A DNA stretch of 64,000 nucleotides from Tubiluchus corallicola (Eukaryota; Animalia; Priapulida), in contig JAQGDQ010002409.1 in NCBI GenBank assembly GCA_030141605.1, forward strand, positions 1 through 64,000, in the 5' to 3' direction. The translations under genes were made by a program, and so were the position numbers. A model generated the notes under the pieces. It had not been told where the DNA came from and did no database searches. It saw only the letters and a list, made by a program, of their open reading frames with translations. Below, piece after piece: positions 20,542 to 32,849 of this stretch. The stretch's first letter is position 1. Every line of letters begins with the position of its first letter.

Positions 20542-21137
20542 ATGCACACAACCGAAAGAGCTTTTGATACTGAAAAAGCTAATAATTTCGTTTTTCAACC
20601 TTGTTTATCTTCTTATTTGCAAATTTCCAAAATTATTTTAGGAAGTGGATATGGTGTAGAAATAATAGCCCCAAAAGTAGATAAATTTAAAATTGAATCA
20701 CAAACTCAGTTTACTAATGTAGAGTATATTACTCAAAAAGTTCCTCCATTAAAAAATTATCCCAATAAAAAAATGTCACTTATACGTAATCCTTGGCATG
20801 TAAAAGAATACACCCAAACAGAATTAGAAAAATTACTTTTTTTGTATTTTTTTCGATAAAGAAAATGGGAATATTTGGTAACAATAAGGTAGTGGCATAT
20901 TATGAAGAAAATAAAAAAACAGTGAAAAAATTTACTCGTTTTGATATTTTTAACTTACAATATAAACTCCCAAGACAAGCATTGCAAGCTCCTTATAATA
21001 TTTTAAACCATTTTAACAGAAGAAAACTGCTAAATCAAAATAGCAAATTGGTAGAAAGTATAGCTACTAAAGACTTTCTTCTAAAACCAGTTACTGATAA
21101 TTGCTTAGACCTATTTTACATAGTAACTAAGCCATAG
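20542..21137 (+). pseudogene. Class I SAM-dependent methyltransferase pseudogene
   Basis: Retains 'GSGYG' and 'PNKKMSL.RNPWHVKEYT' but appears to lack the strand before the Gly loop and the core between 'PPL' and 'PNKK'. Frameshift at T7 run 20847-20853. Promoter box TATATTTG at 20491-20498. Confidence 0.75.
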
Positions 21138-21146
21138 GACAACAAT

Positions 21147-21353
21147 ATGCAAATAAGTATTAATGGAAAACAAGAGCAAGTAAGTAGTAGAGTGAACAGT
21201 ATAACTCAACTCCTACAATACAAAAGCATAAACCAACAAAAAGGAGTAGTTGTTCTTGTTAATGAACAGGTAATAAAAAAAGAAAACTGGACAACTCAAA
21301 CCATACAAAAAAATGATACAATAGAAATTCTAAAATTTGTGGGAGGAGGATAA
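21147..21353 (+). CDS. thiS: Sulfur carrier protein ThiS
   Basis: 68 aa, 'INGK', C-terminal 'FVGGG', upstream of thiG. Confidence 0.93.
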   Translation: MQISINGKQEQVSSRVNSITQLLQYKSINQQKGVVVLVNEQVIKKENWTTQTIQKNDTIEILKFVGGG

Positions 21354-21384
21354 TATTTCTGCCTTCCAAAACTTCTTTTGATTT

Positions 21385-22152
21385 ATGACATTTAAGTTAG
21401 GAAAAAAAACATTCAACAGTCATCTTATTACAGGTACAGGCAAATTTTCTCACAAAGCTCTTATTAAGCCTATGTTAGAAGCTAGCGGCTCAGAAATGAT
21501 AACCGTAGCATTACGTCGTATAGATCCTTCCATAGAAGAAGAAAACATACTCAATTATATACCCAGTCATATTACATTATTGCCCAATACATCAGGAGCA
21601 AGAAATGCCCAAGAAGCGATTAAAATAGCTTCCATAGCACGTGAAGCTGGTTATGGTGATTTTATCAAAATAGAGGTAATCAATGATATGAAATATTTGA
21701 TGCCCGACAATCAAGAAACTATTAAAGCTACACAAGTACTTGCCAAAGAAGGCTTTACCGTACTACCTTATATGATGCCTGATCTTATTGCTGCTAAAAA
21801 ATTGGTAGAGGTAGGAGCTGCAGCAGTGATGCCGCTTGGCTCGCCCATAGGCTCAAATCAAGGGTTGAAAATGAAATATATGATACAGATGCTGATAGAT
21901 AATATAGACCTTCCCATTATAGTAGATGCAGGTATTGGTAAGCCATCAGAAGCTTGCCAAGCAATGGAAATGGGAGCTGACGCAGTGTTGATTAATACTG
22001 CCATAGCAACTGCCAGCGACCCTGTGAAAATAGGAAAGGCTTTTTCTCTTGCGGTAAAAGCAGGTAGAACATCTTATCTTACAGGTTTAGCAGAACAAAA
22101 CATAACAGCACAGGCCTCATCGCCACTTACAGGGTTTCTTTTTGAAAAATAG
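21385..22152 (+). CDS. thiG: Thiazole synthase ThiG
   Basis: 'GTGKF', 'TVALRR', 'LPNTSG', 'KIEV', 'MPLGSPIGS', 'DAGIG'. Confidence 0.97.
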   Translation: MTFKLGKKTFNSHLITGTGKFSHKALIKPMLEASGSEMITVALRRIDPSIEEENILNYIPSHITLLPNTSGARNAQEAIKIASIAREAGYGDFIKIEVINDMKYLMPDNQETIKATQVLAKEGFTVLPYMMPDLIAAKKLVEVGAAAVMPLGSPIGSNQGLKMKYMIQMLIDNIDLPIIVDAGIGKPSEACQAMEMGADAVLINTAIATASDPVKIGKAFSLAVKAGRTSYLTGLAEQNITAQASSPLTGFLFEK

Positions 22153-22281
22153 AGCCTATGGCATTTTTCGTAACCCTTTGTCTCTAAAAAGTAAAAAGCA
22201 TAAAAAACACTTATTTATAAAAAGACAATCACCAAATTTATGTATTGTTACCAATAAAAAAATATAAATTTGCGTGTTTGA

Positions 22282-24318
<2,037 letters not shown>

Positions 24319-24325
24319 GGATTAT

Positions 24326-24925
24326 TTAAGAAATCAACTTTAATAACTCTGAACGTTTTTTTACTTCTAAAAATTCTCCTGAAAAAGCAAAGGTTCTTGT
24401 TGTAGAACTTTGTTTTTGTACGCCTCTCATACACATACACAAATGCTGTGCTTCTATTACTATTGCTGTTCCCTTAGGCTGTAAAGAATTTTCTACACAA
24501 TCGCGTATTTCATAGGTCATACGTTCCTGCACCTGCAGCCTACGAGCAAAAGCATTAACCATACGAGCAACCTTGCTTAAACCTACTATATTATTATTAT
24601 TAGGAATGTACGCTACGTGGGCTTTACCCATAAAAGGCAACATATGATGCTCGCACAGTGAATAAAATTCAATGTCTTTCACTAATATCATATCTTGATA
24701 ATCTTCCTTAAATAAGGCTGATTTCATCAATGCTTCTGGATCTATTTTATAGCCTGCGGTAAGAAACTGTATAGCCTTAGCCACGCGCTCAGGAGTTTTT
24801 TGTAAACCTTCTCTATTTATATCTTCTCCTAATTCTTTTATAATATTTTTGTACAATGAAGCTAGGTTTTGAGTTGTTTTCTCGTTAGCATAACTTTCAC
24901 TGTTGTAATCGTAGTCTCCATTCAT
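24326..24925 (-). CDS. folE: GTP cyclohydrolase I
   Basis: 'TPERVAK', 'CEHHMLPF', 'GLSK', 'RLQVQE', 'HLCM.MRG'. -7 box on minus strand at 24961-24968. Confidence 0.96.
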   Translation of the reverse strand: MNGDYDYNSESYANEKTTQNLASLYKNIIKELGEDINREGLQKTPERVAKAIQFLTAGYKIDPEALMKSALFKEDYQDMILVKDIEFYSLCEHHMLPFMGKAHVAYIPNNNNIVGLSKVARMVNAFARRLQVQERMTYEIRDCVENSLQPKGTAIVIEAQHLCMCMRGVQKQSSTTRTFAFSGEFLEVKKRSELLKLIS

Positions 24926-25139
24926 TTCTACTGCTAGTTGTTAATTATAATTTTAAGATGCAAAGATAATAAATACCAAGTGTATTTTTGTAACAAATAT
25001 ATAAAACACTATTAATTTTTTAGCTTGAGACAGAAGTCGTTTTACAGGTCAGAAAATGATAGTTAAATGAAACAAAAGTATATTATTGCTATCTATTATC
25101 TATCTTTGTGAAACAAATAATGCTTTTACGTACGGAACA

Positions 25140-26000
25140 ATGTTGAAAAAACATACTGTAATATTTATTCTACTGTTACAATTATTGGCTTGCAAAAATA
25201 ATATACAAGATACTAACAGCAAGCCTACTTTATGTGTAAGCATTTTACCTCAAAAGTATTTTGTAGAGAAAATAGCGGGGGATAAGTTTAATATTGAAGT
25301 TTTAATTCCTGAAGGTTTATCTCCTGCTATTTATGAGCCTACTCCTAAACAAATATTTTCATTGAGTCAGGCTAAATACTATTTTACTGTGGGGCATTTG
25401 CCTTTTGAGAATATGTGGATGGATAAAATAATTGGAGCTAATCCTCAAATCAAAGTATTCAAAAATTCACAGGGTATCCTTTTTTTGGAGGAAAAAAACG
25501 ACCAGCACCACCATCTTAATCCACACGTGTGGCTCTCACCTAGAAATGTGCAAATAATGGCAAAAAATATAACAAATATTTTGATAGAATTGCAGCCTGA
25601 AAATAGAACCCTGTTTGAAAAAAACTACAATATTTTTCTTGCAGAATTAAAAGCTTTAGACTATAAACTGAGCAATAGACTGTCTGTTCTGATTAACAAA
25701 AAATTTATTATTTTGCATCCTTTTCTTTCTTACTTTGCAAGGGACTATGGTTTAACCGAAATACCTTTTGAAATAGATGGAAAGGAAACAACGCTCGCAA
25801 GCATTCAAAATATTATAGATAGAGCTCGTGAAGAGAATGTTCGACTGGTATTAATACAACAGCAGTTGCCGCAGCATTATACTCGCGTAATAACTAAAGA
25901 GATTGAAGGAACAATAGTGTTTTTTGACCCTTTGGCTTATAACTGGATAGAAAACATTGAACATTTGTTAGGTATATTTGAGGGAAAAGCTTTAAATTAG
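25140..26000 (+). CDS. znuA: Zn/Mn ABC transporter substrate-binding lipoprotein
   Basis: Lipobox 'LLAC', 'YEPTP', 'HHHLNPHVWLSP'. -7 box TATCTTTG at 25101-25108 favours ATG 25140 over TTG 25086. Confidence 0.9.
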   Translation: MLKKHTVIFILLLQLLACKNNIQDTNSKPTLCVSILPQKYFVEKIAGDKFNIEVLIPEGLSPAIYEPTPKQIFSLSQAKYYFTVGHLPFENMWMDKIIGANPQIKVFKNSQGILFLEEKNDQHHHLNPHVWLSPRNVQIMAKNITNILIELQPENRTLFEKNYNIFLAELKALDYKLSNRLSVLINKKFIILHPFLSYFARDYGLTEIPFEIDGKETTLASIQNIIDRAREENVRLVLIQQQLPQHYTRVITKEIEGTIVFFDPLAYNWIENIEHLLGIFEGKALN

Positions 26001-26031
26001 CAATAAATGCTATTGCCTGCCAAAATAGATT

Positions 26032-26775
26032 ATGAGTAAAATACTTGAAATAAGCTCACTTACTGCTACTTATGACCATAAAACCGTACTAGAAGATATT
26101 AATCTAACAGTATATGACAATGACTTTATAGGTATTATAGGACCCAATGGAGGAGGTAAAACTACTTTGCTTAAAGTAATACTAAAACTACTAAAACCTA
26201 CACGAGGCAAAATCAGGCTTTATCTCGACAACAAGAAACCTTCTATAGGTTACCTACCTCAATTTTCTCCTACTGACAAGTTGTTTCCCATATCAGTAAA
26301 AGACGTAGTACTGTCAGGATTAATGTCTCAAAAAGGAATATTTGGTAGATACACTCAAAAAGAGAAAAACAAAGCAGATGAGTTGATGCACAAAACAAAT
26401 ATATATGACCTACGCAATGTGCTTGTAGGTGAATTGTCAGGTGGGCAAATGCAACGTGCATATCTTTGCAGAGCTATCATTTCTTCCCCTTGTCTGTTGC
26501 TACTTGATGAGCCTAGTACCTATATAGACTCTGCTTTCGAGCAAAACCTTTTTGTCCTGCTCAAACAAATGAATAAAAAGATGGCTATTCTTATGGTGTC
26601 TCACGATGTAGGCACTATATCCTCCTATGTGAAAACGATAGCTTGCGTGAACAAACACTTACATTACCATCCGTCTAACAGTATTACACAAGAACAGTTA
26701 GATGGGTATAACTGTCCCATACAGTTAGTTACCCACGGAGATGTACCTCATACGGTACTTAAAAAACATAAATAG
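26032..26775 (+). CDS. znuC: Zn/Mn ABC transporter ATP-binding protein
   Basis: Walker A 'GPNGGGKT', 'LSGGQ', 'LLLDEP', His-rich tail. Confidence 0.92.
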   Translation: MSKILEISSLTATYDHKTVLEDINLTVYDNDFIGIIGPNGGGKTTLLKVILKLLKPTRGKIRLYLDNKKPSIGYLPQFSPTDKLFPISVKDVVLSGLMSQKGIFGRYTQKEKNKADELMHKTNIYDLRNVLVGELSGGQMQRAYLCRAIISSPCLLLLDEPSTYIDSAFEQNLFVLLKQMNKKMAILMVSHDVGTISSYVKTIACVNKHLHYHPSNSITQEQLDGYNCPIQLVTHGDVPHTVLKKHK

Positions 26776-26845
26776 ATGTAGTTATTGTCAATTTTATTTC
26801 ATTTAACTAAATTTGTGGTTTCTTATGTTTTACTTTAAATAAGAT

Positions 26846-27217
26846 ATGAAACATATTGCTTTTTTATTAGTAGTATTCTTGTGTTGTAATTTGTTTTCGC
26901 AAGAAGGTTCTGACTTGAAAACTTATTATATGGTTTTTTTGTATAAAGGGGAAAGGTATAAAAGAGAGCAGAACTTAGAACAAGATTCATTGAATATAGG
27001 GCATCGCGAATATTTTATGGAGTTGGTTAGTGATGGAAAGATTGCTATAGCAGGAACTTTTTTAGAAGATAGCTTGCTGATAGGTAATTACATTTTTGAT
27101 GTAGAAACACGAGAAGAAGTAGAAAAATATATGAAAAATGACCCTAAGATACAAGAAAAAATTATTTACTATAAAATATACCCTTGGATTTCTGTAAAGA
27201 ATTCAAAACTGCCATAA
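26846..27217 (+). CDS. YciI-like secreted protein
   Basis: Signal peptide, 'YYMVFL', 'H...F..L...GK...AG', 'DP'. -7 box TAAATTTG at 26808-26815. Confidence 0.65.
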   Translation: MKHIAFLLVVFLCCNLFSQEGSDLKTYYMVFLYKGERYKREQNLEQDSLNIGHREYFMELVSDGKIAIAGTFLEDSLLIGNYIFDVETREEVEKYMKNDPKIQEKIIYYKIYPWISVKNSKLP

Positions 27218-27245
27218 TTTTAATACAAAGTATTTACAAAGACTT

Positions 27246-28448
27246 ATGAAAAAACAATTATTTACGGTTTTTCTCTTTTTTCTTTTTGTTCAATGTAAGA
27301 TCTATGCCATAAATCTGTCTGAAAGATCACAAGTAAGCATTATTACTTGTGGACAAGGGGAGGAACTATATTCTGTATTTGGCCATAGCGCTATTAGAGT
27401 TTTTGATTCTGCTAATGCTTATGATGTTGTTTTTAATTATGGGACTTTTAGTTTTCACACATCTAACTTTTATTTGAAATTTGTAAAGGGAGAGTTAGAC
27501 TATTACTTATCAATAGAGAGTTATAAAAATTTTATTAATCATTATAGGCTTACAAATCGTAGTGTTGTAGAACAGGTATTAGACTTATCTTTAAATGAGA
27601 AACAAGTTCTTTTAGATGCTTTAATGATAAATTATGAGGAACAAAATAGATATTATCGTTATAACTTTCTGTATGACAATTGTGCTGTACGTATAAGAGA
27701 TTTATTTTTAACGGTTTTTAATGATAGTATAGATTTTAATTATAATAGGGTAGAAGAGAAGGAGTCATTTAGAGAGATGGTGCATTATTATTTATCAACA
27801 AGTCCTTGGAGTAAATTTGGAATAGACTTAGTGTTGGGCAGGTTGTTCGATATGCGTGCTAAGGCGGATGAATTCTGCTTTTTACCTGATTATTTATATG
27901 GGGACTTTCAAAGAGCATATAAACTAAATGATACAATTACAAAACCTTTAGTGATTGAAACCCAAGAAGTGCTTGAAGAAAAAGAACTGCTTTATTTTTC
28001 CTATTGGTATGAAAATCCTTTGACAATATTTTGGAGTTTATTTGTGCTTGTATTTTTATTATCTATTATATATGGTAGAAAAGCAAATCTATTATTTAGA
28101 GTAATAGATTTTCTTATTCTTTTTAAGACAGGAGCCATTGGTGGGTTAATTATTTTCCTTTGGTTTTTTTCAGACCATCCAGTAGTGGCAAGCAACTTTA
28201 ATATATTATGGGCATTACCTACCAATATTATTGCTGCCTTTTTTATCTTGTTTAGATATCATAAAGTGAAAAGCTATTGCAAGGTGATAATTATTTTTTC
28301 TCTTGTTCCTTTAATTTTATTTAAGTGGTTACCACAAGATCTAAACCTAAGTATTATCCCCATAATAATGATGGTAATAACAAGAGCTTTTTTCATAATT
28401 AGGGTGAAAGAAATAAGCAAAAAACATAAGAGAATAGCAAAACTATAA
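27246..28448 (+). CDS. lnb: DUF4105 membrane protein, Lnb-type lipoprotein N-acyltransferase
   Basis: 'FGHSAIR', 'NYGTF', 'YNFLYDNC' plus about 5 C-terminal TM helices, the architecture of Bacteroidota Lnb. Confidence 0.75.
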   Translation: MKKQLFTVFLFFLFVQCKIYAINLSERSQVSIITCGQGEELYSVFGHSAIRVFDSANAYDVVFNYGTFSFHTSNFYLKFVKGELDYYLSIESYKNFINHYRLTNRSVVEQVLDLSLNEKQVLLDALMINYEEQNRYYRYNFLYDNCAVRIRDLFLTVFNDSIDFNYNRVEEKESFREMVHYYLSTSPWSKFGIDLVLGRLFDMRAKADEFCFLPDYLYGDFQRAYKLNDTITKPLVIETQEVLEEKELLYFSYWYENPLTIFWSLFVLVFLLSIIYGRKANLLFRVIDFLILFKTGAIGGLIIFLWFFSDHPVVASNFNILWALPTNIIAAFFILFRYHKVKSYCKVIIIFSLVPLILFKWLPQDLNLSIIPIIMMVITRAFFIIRVKEISKKHKRIAKL

Positions 28449-28525
28449 AATACAGAAGCAACAAGTTTTCATTACGATTATGCTAGATTTTCACCAACTT
28501 GTTCGCTCACTAAGTTTCTGCTTAA

Positions 28526-28553
28526 TTGTCTTATAATTTATATTATGTTAAAT
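28526..28553 (+). other. dif: Chromosome dimer resolution site dif (XerC/XerD)
   Basis: TTGTCTTATAA-TTTATA-TTATGTTAAAT. Right arm identical to the E. coli XerD arm, spacer differs by 1 nt from TGTATA, left arm ends in ATAA. Intergenic between convergent genes. Confidence 0.88.
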
Positions 28554-28562
28554 AGCTATTTT

Positions 28563-28604
28563 AAACAAATAGGGATTTTAATAATCCCCTATTTGTTTTT
28601 TTTT
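28563..28604. terminator. Hairpin terminator between convergent genes, possibly bidirectional
   Basis: AAACAAATAGGGATT...AATCCCCTATTTGTTT with one bulge, followed by a T run. Confidence 0.75.
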
Positions 28605-28614
28605 ATCTTAAAAA

Positions 28615-29799
28615 TTATTCTTTCAGCTTTTCCAGCTTTTCTTCCATAGCTTTATGCTTATCCATTAAGGTTTCATCAGAGTTTCTAAACTTAAAATATA
28701 ATTCTTTCAACACTTGTATAGTAGTCCTCTCTGTTGGGTTTAATTCATGAGCTTTTTCAAACAAAGGAATTACATCATTTAAATACCTTTTTATAATTTT
28801 ATTATACTCTGGATTAAATTTTTTAGGATCTACAATTTCATTTATCTCTTTGTTTTTTTCTTCTGCCTTTTTCAATTTTATTACAGCTAAATTGTACTGA
28901 GCATTGAAATATGTTGGTTCTATAGACAATGTTTTTTTATACAATTCTATGGCTTTTTCTGTTTCTCCTTTTTGATCCATCAAAGTTCCTTTTACGAAAT
29001 ACAGTGATGGATTATTAGGATCATTTTCTATAGCAGCATTAAGATTTTTCAAAGCTTCATCTGCCTTGTCCAACTGTAAATAAAAATTGATAAGTTCGAT
29101 AGTAACCGTATTATTATTGGGAAAACTCTTATATGCTTTTTCTAAAGTAGCCAAAGCATTAGCGGTATCTTTTTCTGCTAAGTATGCCTCTTTTAAAATC
29201 AAAAAAGTATTGTATTCTCCATATTTATATTCAGAAGCCACTGTAAGATAGGTAATTACATCTTTCATTTCTTTTGCATTGTAGGCAACTAACCCTGTAT
29301 TGTAATACAGAGATGTATCTATAGGCTCTCCTTTTTTTGCTTCTTTTATTACTGGAATTTCATTTATTTCAAGGGCAACCTTAAAAGATGAAAGTGAATT
29401 TTTAAATCTTCTTTCTCCAAACTTCTTTGAAGCATCAACGGTGAAATCATCTTGTAATAATAACAAGGCATCTTTAATTTGTTTATTATATTTTCCTTTT
29501 TCGTCCAACTCCAAAGCCCTTAAATAACCTTTATAAGCCTTTTGTAAAGGTTTTTTATCTAATTTATTGAAGGCTTCTATTGGGCTTTCAAATATTCCAC
29601 GATACACATCTCCATATACTTTCCACGCCTTTGGCAAATCTTTGCTTTTTTCGTGTTCTACAGCTTCATCAATAGCTTTTTTAGCTTGGTCTATTTTGCC
29701 ATTGGTCAACGAAGCACCAGCAACATTCACTTTGCTTTTCTGAGCAGATACTATTAAAGAATGGGATAAGACAACTAAAATTACAAGTATTTTTTTCAT
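28615..29799 (-). CDS. Secreted tetratricopeptide repeat protein
   Basis: Signal peptide, several TPR helix pairs, downstream of gyrA. -7 box at 29836-29843. Confidence 0.88.
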   Translation of the reverse strand: MKKILVILVVLSHSLIVSAQKSKVNVAGASLTNGKIDQAKKAIDEAVEHEKSKDLPKAWKVYGDVYRGIFESPIEAFNKLDKKPLQKAYKGYLRALELDEKGKYNKQIKDALLLLQDDFTVDASKKFGERRFKNSLSSFKVALEINEIPVIKEAKKGEPIDTSLYYNTGLVAYNAKEMKDVITYLTVASEYKYGEYNTFLILKEAYLAEKDTANALATLEKAYKSFPNNNTVTIELINFYLQLDKADEALKNLNAAIENDPNNPSLYFVKGTLMDQKGETEKAIELYKKTLSIEPTYFNAQYNLAVIKLKKAEEKNKEINEIVDPKKFNPEYNKIIKRYLNDVIPLFEKAHELNPTERTTIQVLKELYFKFRNSDETLMDKHKAMEEKLEKLKE

Positions 29800-29885
29800 T
29801 TCAATTAAACTATTTATTTTACTTTTACAACTTTACAAAGATACAAAATATTATTTTTTTACTATTATTTTTCAGGTAACAAAAA

Positions 29886-32390
29886 TTATTCATTTTCTTC
29901 CTGCTCCTGATTGTTTGTTTCTTTATTTTTACTTTCTTCTTCCTTATAAGCATCTACCTTAGTGATGGAAGCTATCTGGTCTTTTTTCTTAGAAAGGTCT
30001 ATCAGCCTTACGCCTTGAGCAGCCCTGCCTATCACTCTCATATTTGCAACAGATAATCTTATAGTAATGCCTGATTTGTTGATTATCATCAAGTCATTTT
30101 CATCTGTAACATTCTTTAAACCTATCAATTTTCCTGTCTTTTCGGTAATATTCATTGTTTTTATCCCTTTCCCTCCCCTATTTGTTTCGCGATAATCTTC
30201 TAATTTCGAGCGTTTTCCGTATCCATTTTCAGACACTACCAATATGTTGTCTTCTTTACTCTTTACACATATCATACCTACCACTTCTTCATCAGGCAAA
30301 GCAGTAAGTGTGATACCTCTTACCCCAGTAGCTGTTCGTCCCATTGTTCGCACTCTATTCTCATTAAATCTGATAGCTCTACCTGACCTTATTGCCATCA
30401 ATATTTCAGTTTCGCCATTAGTCAACCTAGCTTCAAACAATTGGTCATCTTCACGTATGCTGATAGCATTTACTCCATTCTGTCGCGGGCGAGAGTAAGC
30501 CTCCAGCGAAGTTTTTTTAATAATACCTTTCTTGGTACAAAATACAATATAATGACTTTGGATAAATTCCTTATCATCTAACTCCTTCACTCTTATATAA
30601 GCTTTTACCTTATCGTTAGGTTCTATATTAAGTACATTTTGTATTGCCCTTCCCTTTGAGTTTTTCCCTCCTTCTGGTATTTCATACACTTTCAACCAAA
30701 AGCACCTGCCTTTTTCAGTGAAAAACAACATAGTGCTATGCATAGATGCAGGATAGATATGTTCAATAAAATCTTCATTTCGTGTAATGCTTCCTTTTGA
30801 GCCTACCCCACCCCTATTTTGAGTTCTAAACTCATTAAGCGGTGTTCTTTTTATATAGCCTAAATGCGATATAGTAATAACCATATCTTCGTCAGCATAA
30901 AAATCTTCAGGGTTAAACTCCTCTGAAGCATAAATTATATCTGTATTTCTTTTATCGCCAAACTTTTCTTTTACTTCCAACAATTCTTCTGTAATAATAT
31001 TCATTCTTAAACCAATATTATTCAGAATTTCTTTTAAATATGCGATAAGTTCTTGTAAATCTTTATAATCTTGTTGTAATTTTTCACGCTCTAAACCTGT
31101 CAACTTTTGCAGTCTCATATCCAAGATGGCTTTAGCCTGAATTTCTGACAAGTCAAATTTATTTATTAAGCCTTCCTTCGCAATATCAGGTGTTTCTGAT
31201 GCACGTATAAGAGCAATTACCTCATCCAGATTGTCAATAGCAATTAGCAATCCTTCCAAAATATGGGCTTTCTCTTCTGTCCTGTTCAATTCATATTTTG
31301 TGCGACGTATAACTACTTCGTGCCTATGCTCTACAAAATTAAGGATTAAATCCTTCAAATTGAGAAGTTTTGGACTTCCCTTGACCAAAGCAATATTATT
31401 GACATTAAATGTATTTTGTAACTGTGTGAATTTGAACAATTTATTAAGAACCACATTGGCAATAGCATCTCTTTTAAGATCAATGACTATGCGCATTCCG
31501 TTCCTATCCGATTCATCATTTACGTTAGAGATACCTTCAATCTTTTTCTCATTGATAAGTTCAGCTATTTTTATAATAAGCTCTGCCTTGTTTACAAGAT
31601 AAGGTATTTCTGTTACAATTATCTTTTCTCTACCAGTTGAAGAAGTCTCTATATTTGTTTTAGCTCTTAGTACTACCCTACCCCGCCCTGTGCGGTAAGC
31701 TTCTTGCACTCCTTGATAGCCATAGATAGTACCGCCCGTAGGAAAATCAGGAGCTACAACTATTTTTATAAGCTCTTCAATATCAACATCATTATCATTA
31801 ATATAGGCAATAGTAGCATCTATGACCTGTGAAAGATTGTGTGGAGGCATATTAGTTGCCATTCCTACGGCAATTCCGGATGCTCCATTTACAAGCAAGT
31901 TAGGTATTCTGGTAGGCAATACAGTAGGTTCCTTTATAGTATCATCAAAATTGAGCTGGAAATCCACCGTATCCTTATCCAAATCAGAAAGCGTAGTTTC
32001 TGCTATCTTCTTCAACCTTGCTTCTGTGTAACGCATAGCAGCTGGGCTATCGCCATCTATTGAGCCAAAATTGCCTTGTCCATCTACCAATGGATAACGA
32101 AGCGACCATTCTTGAGCCATACGTACCATTGCAAAATATACAGAACTATCTCCATGTGGGTGATACTTACCCAACACCTCCCCTACTATTCTGGCAGATT
32201 TTTTATAAGGCTTGCTAGGAGCTAAACCCAATTCATTCATTCCAAATAATACACGACGATGAACAGGCTTTAAACCATCTCTTACATCTGGTAAGGCTCT
32301 CGAAACAATTACTGACATTGAATAATCAATGTAAGCAGTTTTCATTTCGTTTTCAATATTAATCTTTATAATGTTCTCTCCGTCTGACAT
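29886..32390 (-). CDS. gyrA: DNA gyrase subunit A
   Basis: '[16 protein letters not shown]', '[10 protein letters not shown]', 'AAMRYTE', GyrA-box 'QNRGGVG'. -7 box at 32444-32451. Confidence 0.98.
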   Translation of the reverse strand: MSDGENIIKINIENEMKTAYIDYSMSVIVSRALPDVRDGLKPVHRRVLFGMNELGLAPSKPYKKSARIVGEVLGKYHPHGDSSVYFAMVRMAQEWSLRYPLVDGQGNFGSIDGDSPAAMRYTEARLKKIAETTLSDLDKDTVDFQLNFDDTIKEPTVLPTRIPNLLVNGASGIAVGMATNMPPHNLSQVIDATIAYINDNDVDIEELIKIVVAPDFPTGGTIYGYQGVQEAYRTGRGRVVLRAKTNIETSSTGREKIIVTEIPYLVNKAELIIKIAELINEKKIEGISNVNDESDRNGMRIVIDLKRDAIANVVLNKLFKFTQLQNTFNVNNIALVKGSPKLLNLKDLILNFVEHRHEVVIRRTKYELNRTEEKAHILEGLLIAIDNLDEVIALIRASETPDIAKEGLINKFDLSEIQAKAILDMRLQKLTGLEREKLQQDYKDLQELIAYLKEILNNIGLRMNIITEELLEVKEKFGDKRNTDIIYASEEFNPEDFYADEDMVITISHLGYIKRTPLNEFRTQNRGGVGSKGSITRNEDFIEHIYPASMHSTMLFFTEKGRCFWLKVYEIPEGGKNSKGRAIQNVLNIEPNDKVKAYIRVKELDDKEFIQSHYIVFCTKKGIIKKTSLEAYSRPRQNGVNAISIREDDQLFEARLTNGETEILMAIRSGRAIRFNENRVRTMGRTATGVRGITLTALPDEEVVGMICVKSKEDNILVVSENGYGKRSKLEDYRETNRGGKGIKTMNITEKTGKLIGLKNVTDENDLMIINKSGITIRLSVANMRVIGRAAQGVRLIDLSKKKDQIASITKVDAYKEEESKNKETNNQEQEENE

Positions 32391-32699
32391 TTGTATTATG
32401 CTATTTTGAATGAAAATTTGCGTTAACGTTAATAAACCAAATGCAAAAATATAAAATAAATTCTATTAATTGAAACGAACTTGGCTAATTTGACTATTGT
32501 TGATAAAAAAGTAAAAACAATTTTACATCCCTACACAAGGTTTTTATGTGAGTATGATTTAATTAGTACCAGCCGCTATAAAGAATTATTAATACCGTCA
32601 GTAAACAAAACCAAATCGGAGAACCGAACAAATGTATGTATTGTTTATAAAAAGTATTTTTTACTTTTGTGGAGAATTGTTTAATGCAGAATTTATATG

Positions 32700-32834
32700 A
32701 TGCCTAAGTTATCTTTAATTATAGCAGCCTATAAAAATTTCCACTTTTTAGGATCTGTAATGAAATCTGTAGCACTACAAAGTTTTAAAGATTTTGAAGT
32801 AATCATTGCAGAAGATGATAGTTCGAATTTGTAA
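32700..32834 (+). pseudogene. N-terminal fragment of a GT2 glycosyltransferase
   Basis: Not in the ORF track. Translates as MPKLSLIIAAYKNFHFLGSVMKSVALQSFKDFEVIIAEDDSSNL*, the typical GT2 N-terminus cut at 44 aa. -7 box TACTTTTG at 32662-32669. Confidence 0.85.
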
Positions 32835-32849
32835 AAATGGAATAGCCAA

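Noticed and set aside
25140-26775. znuA-znuC without a permease gene as a sign of decay
   Set aside because: As I recall, the permease is often encoded separately in Bacteroidota. Both ORFs are intact.
32481-32684. 67-aa ORF upstream of gyrA
   Set aside because: TTG start, no recognisable motif, and it overlaps promoter boxes. Probably spurious.
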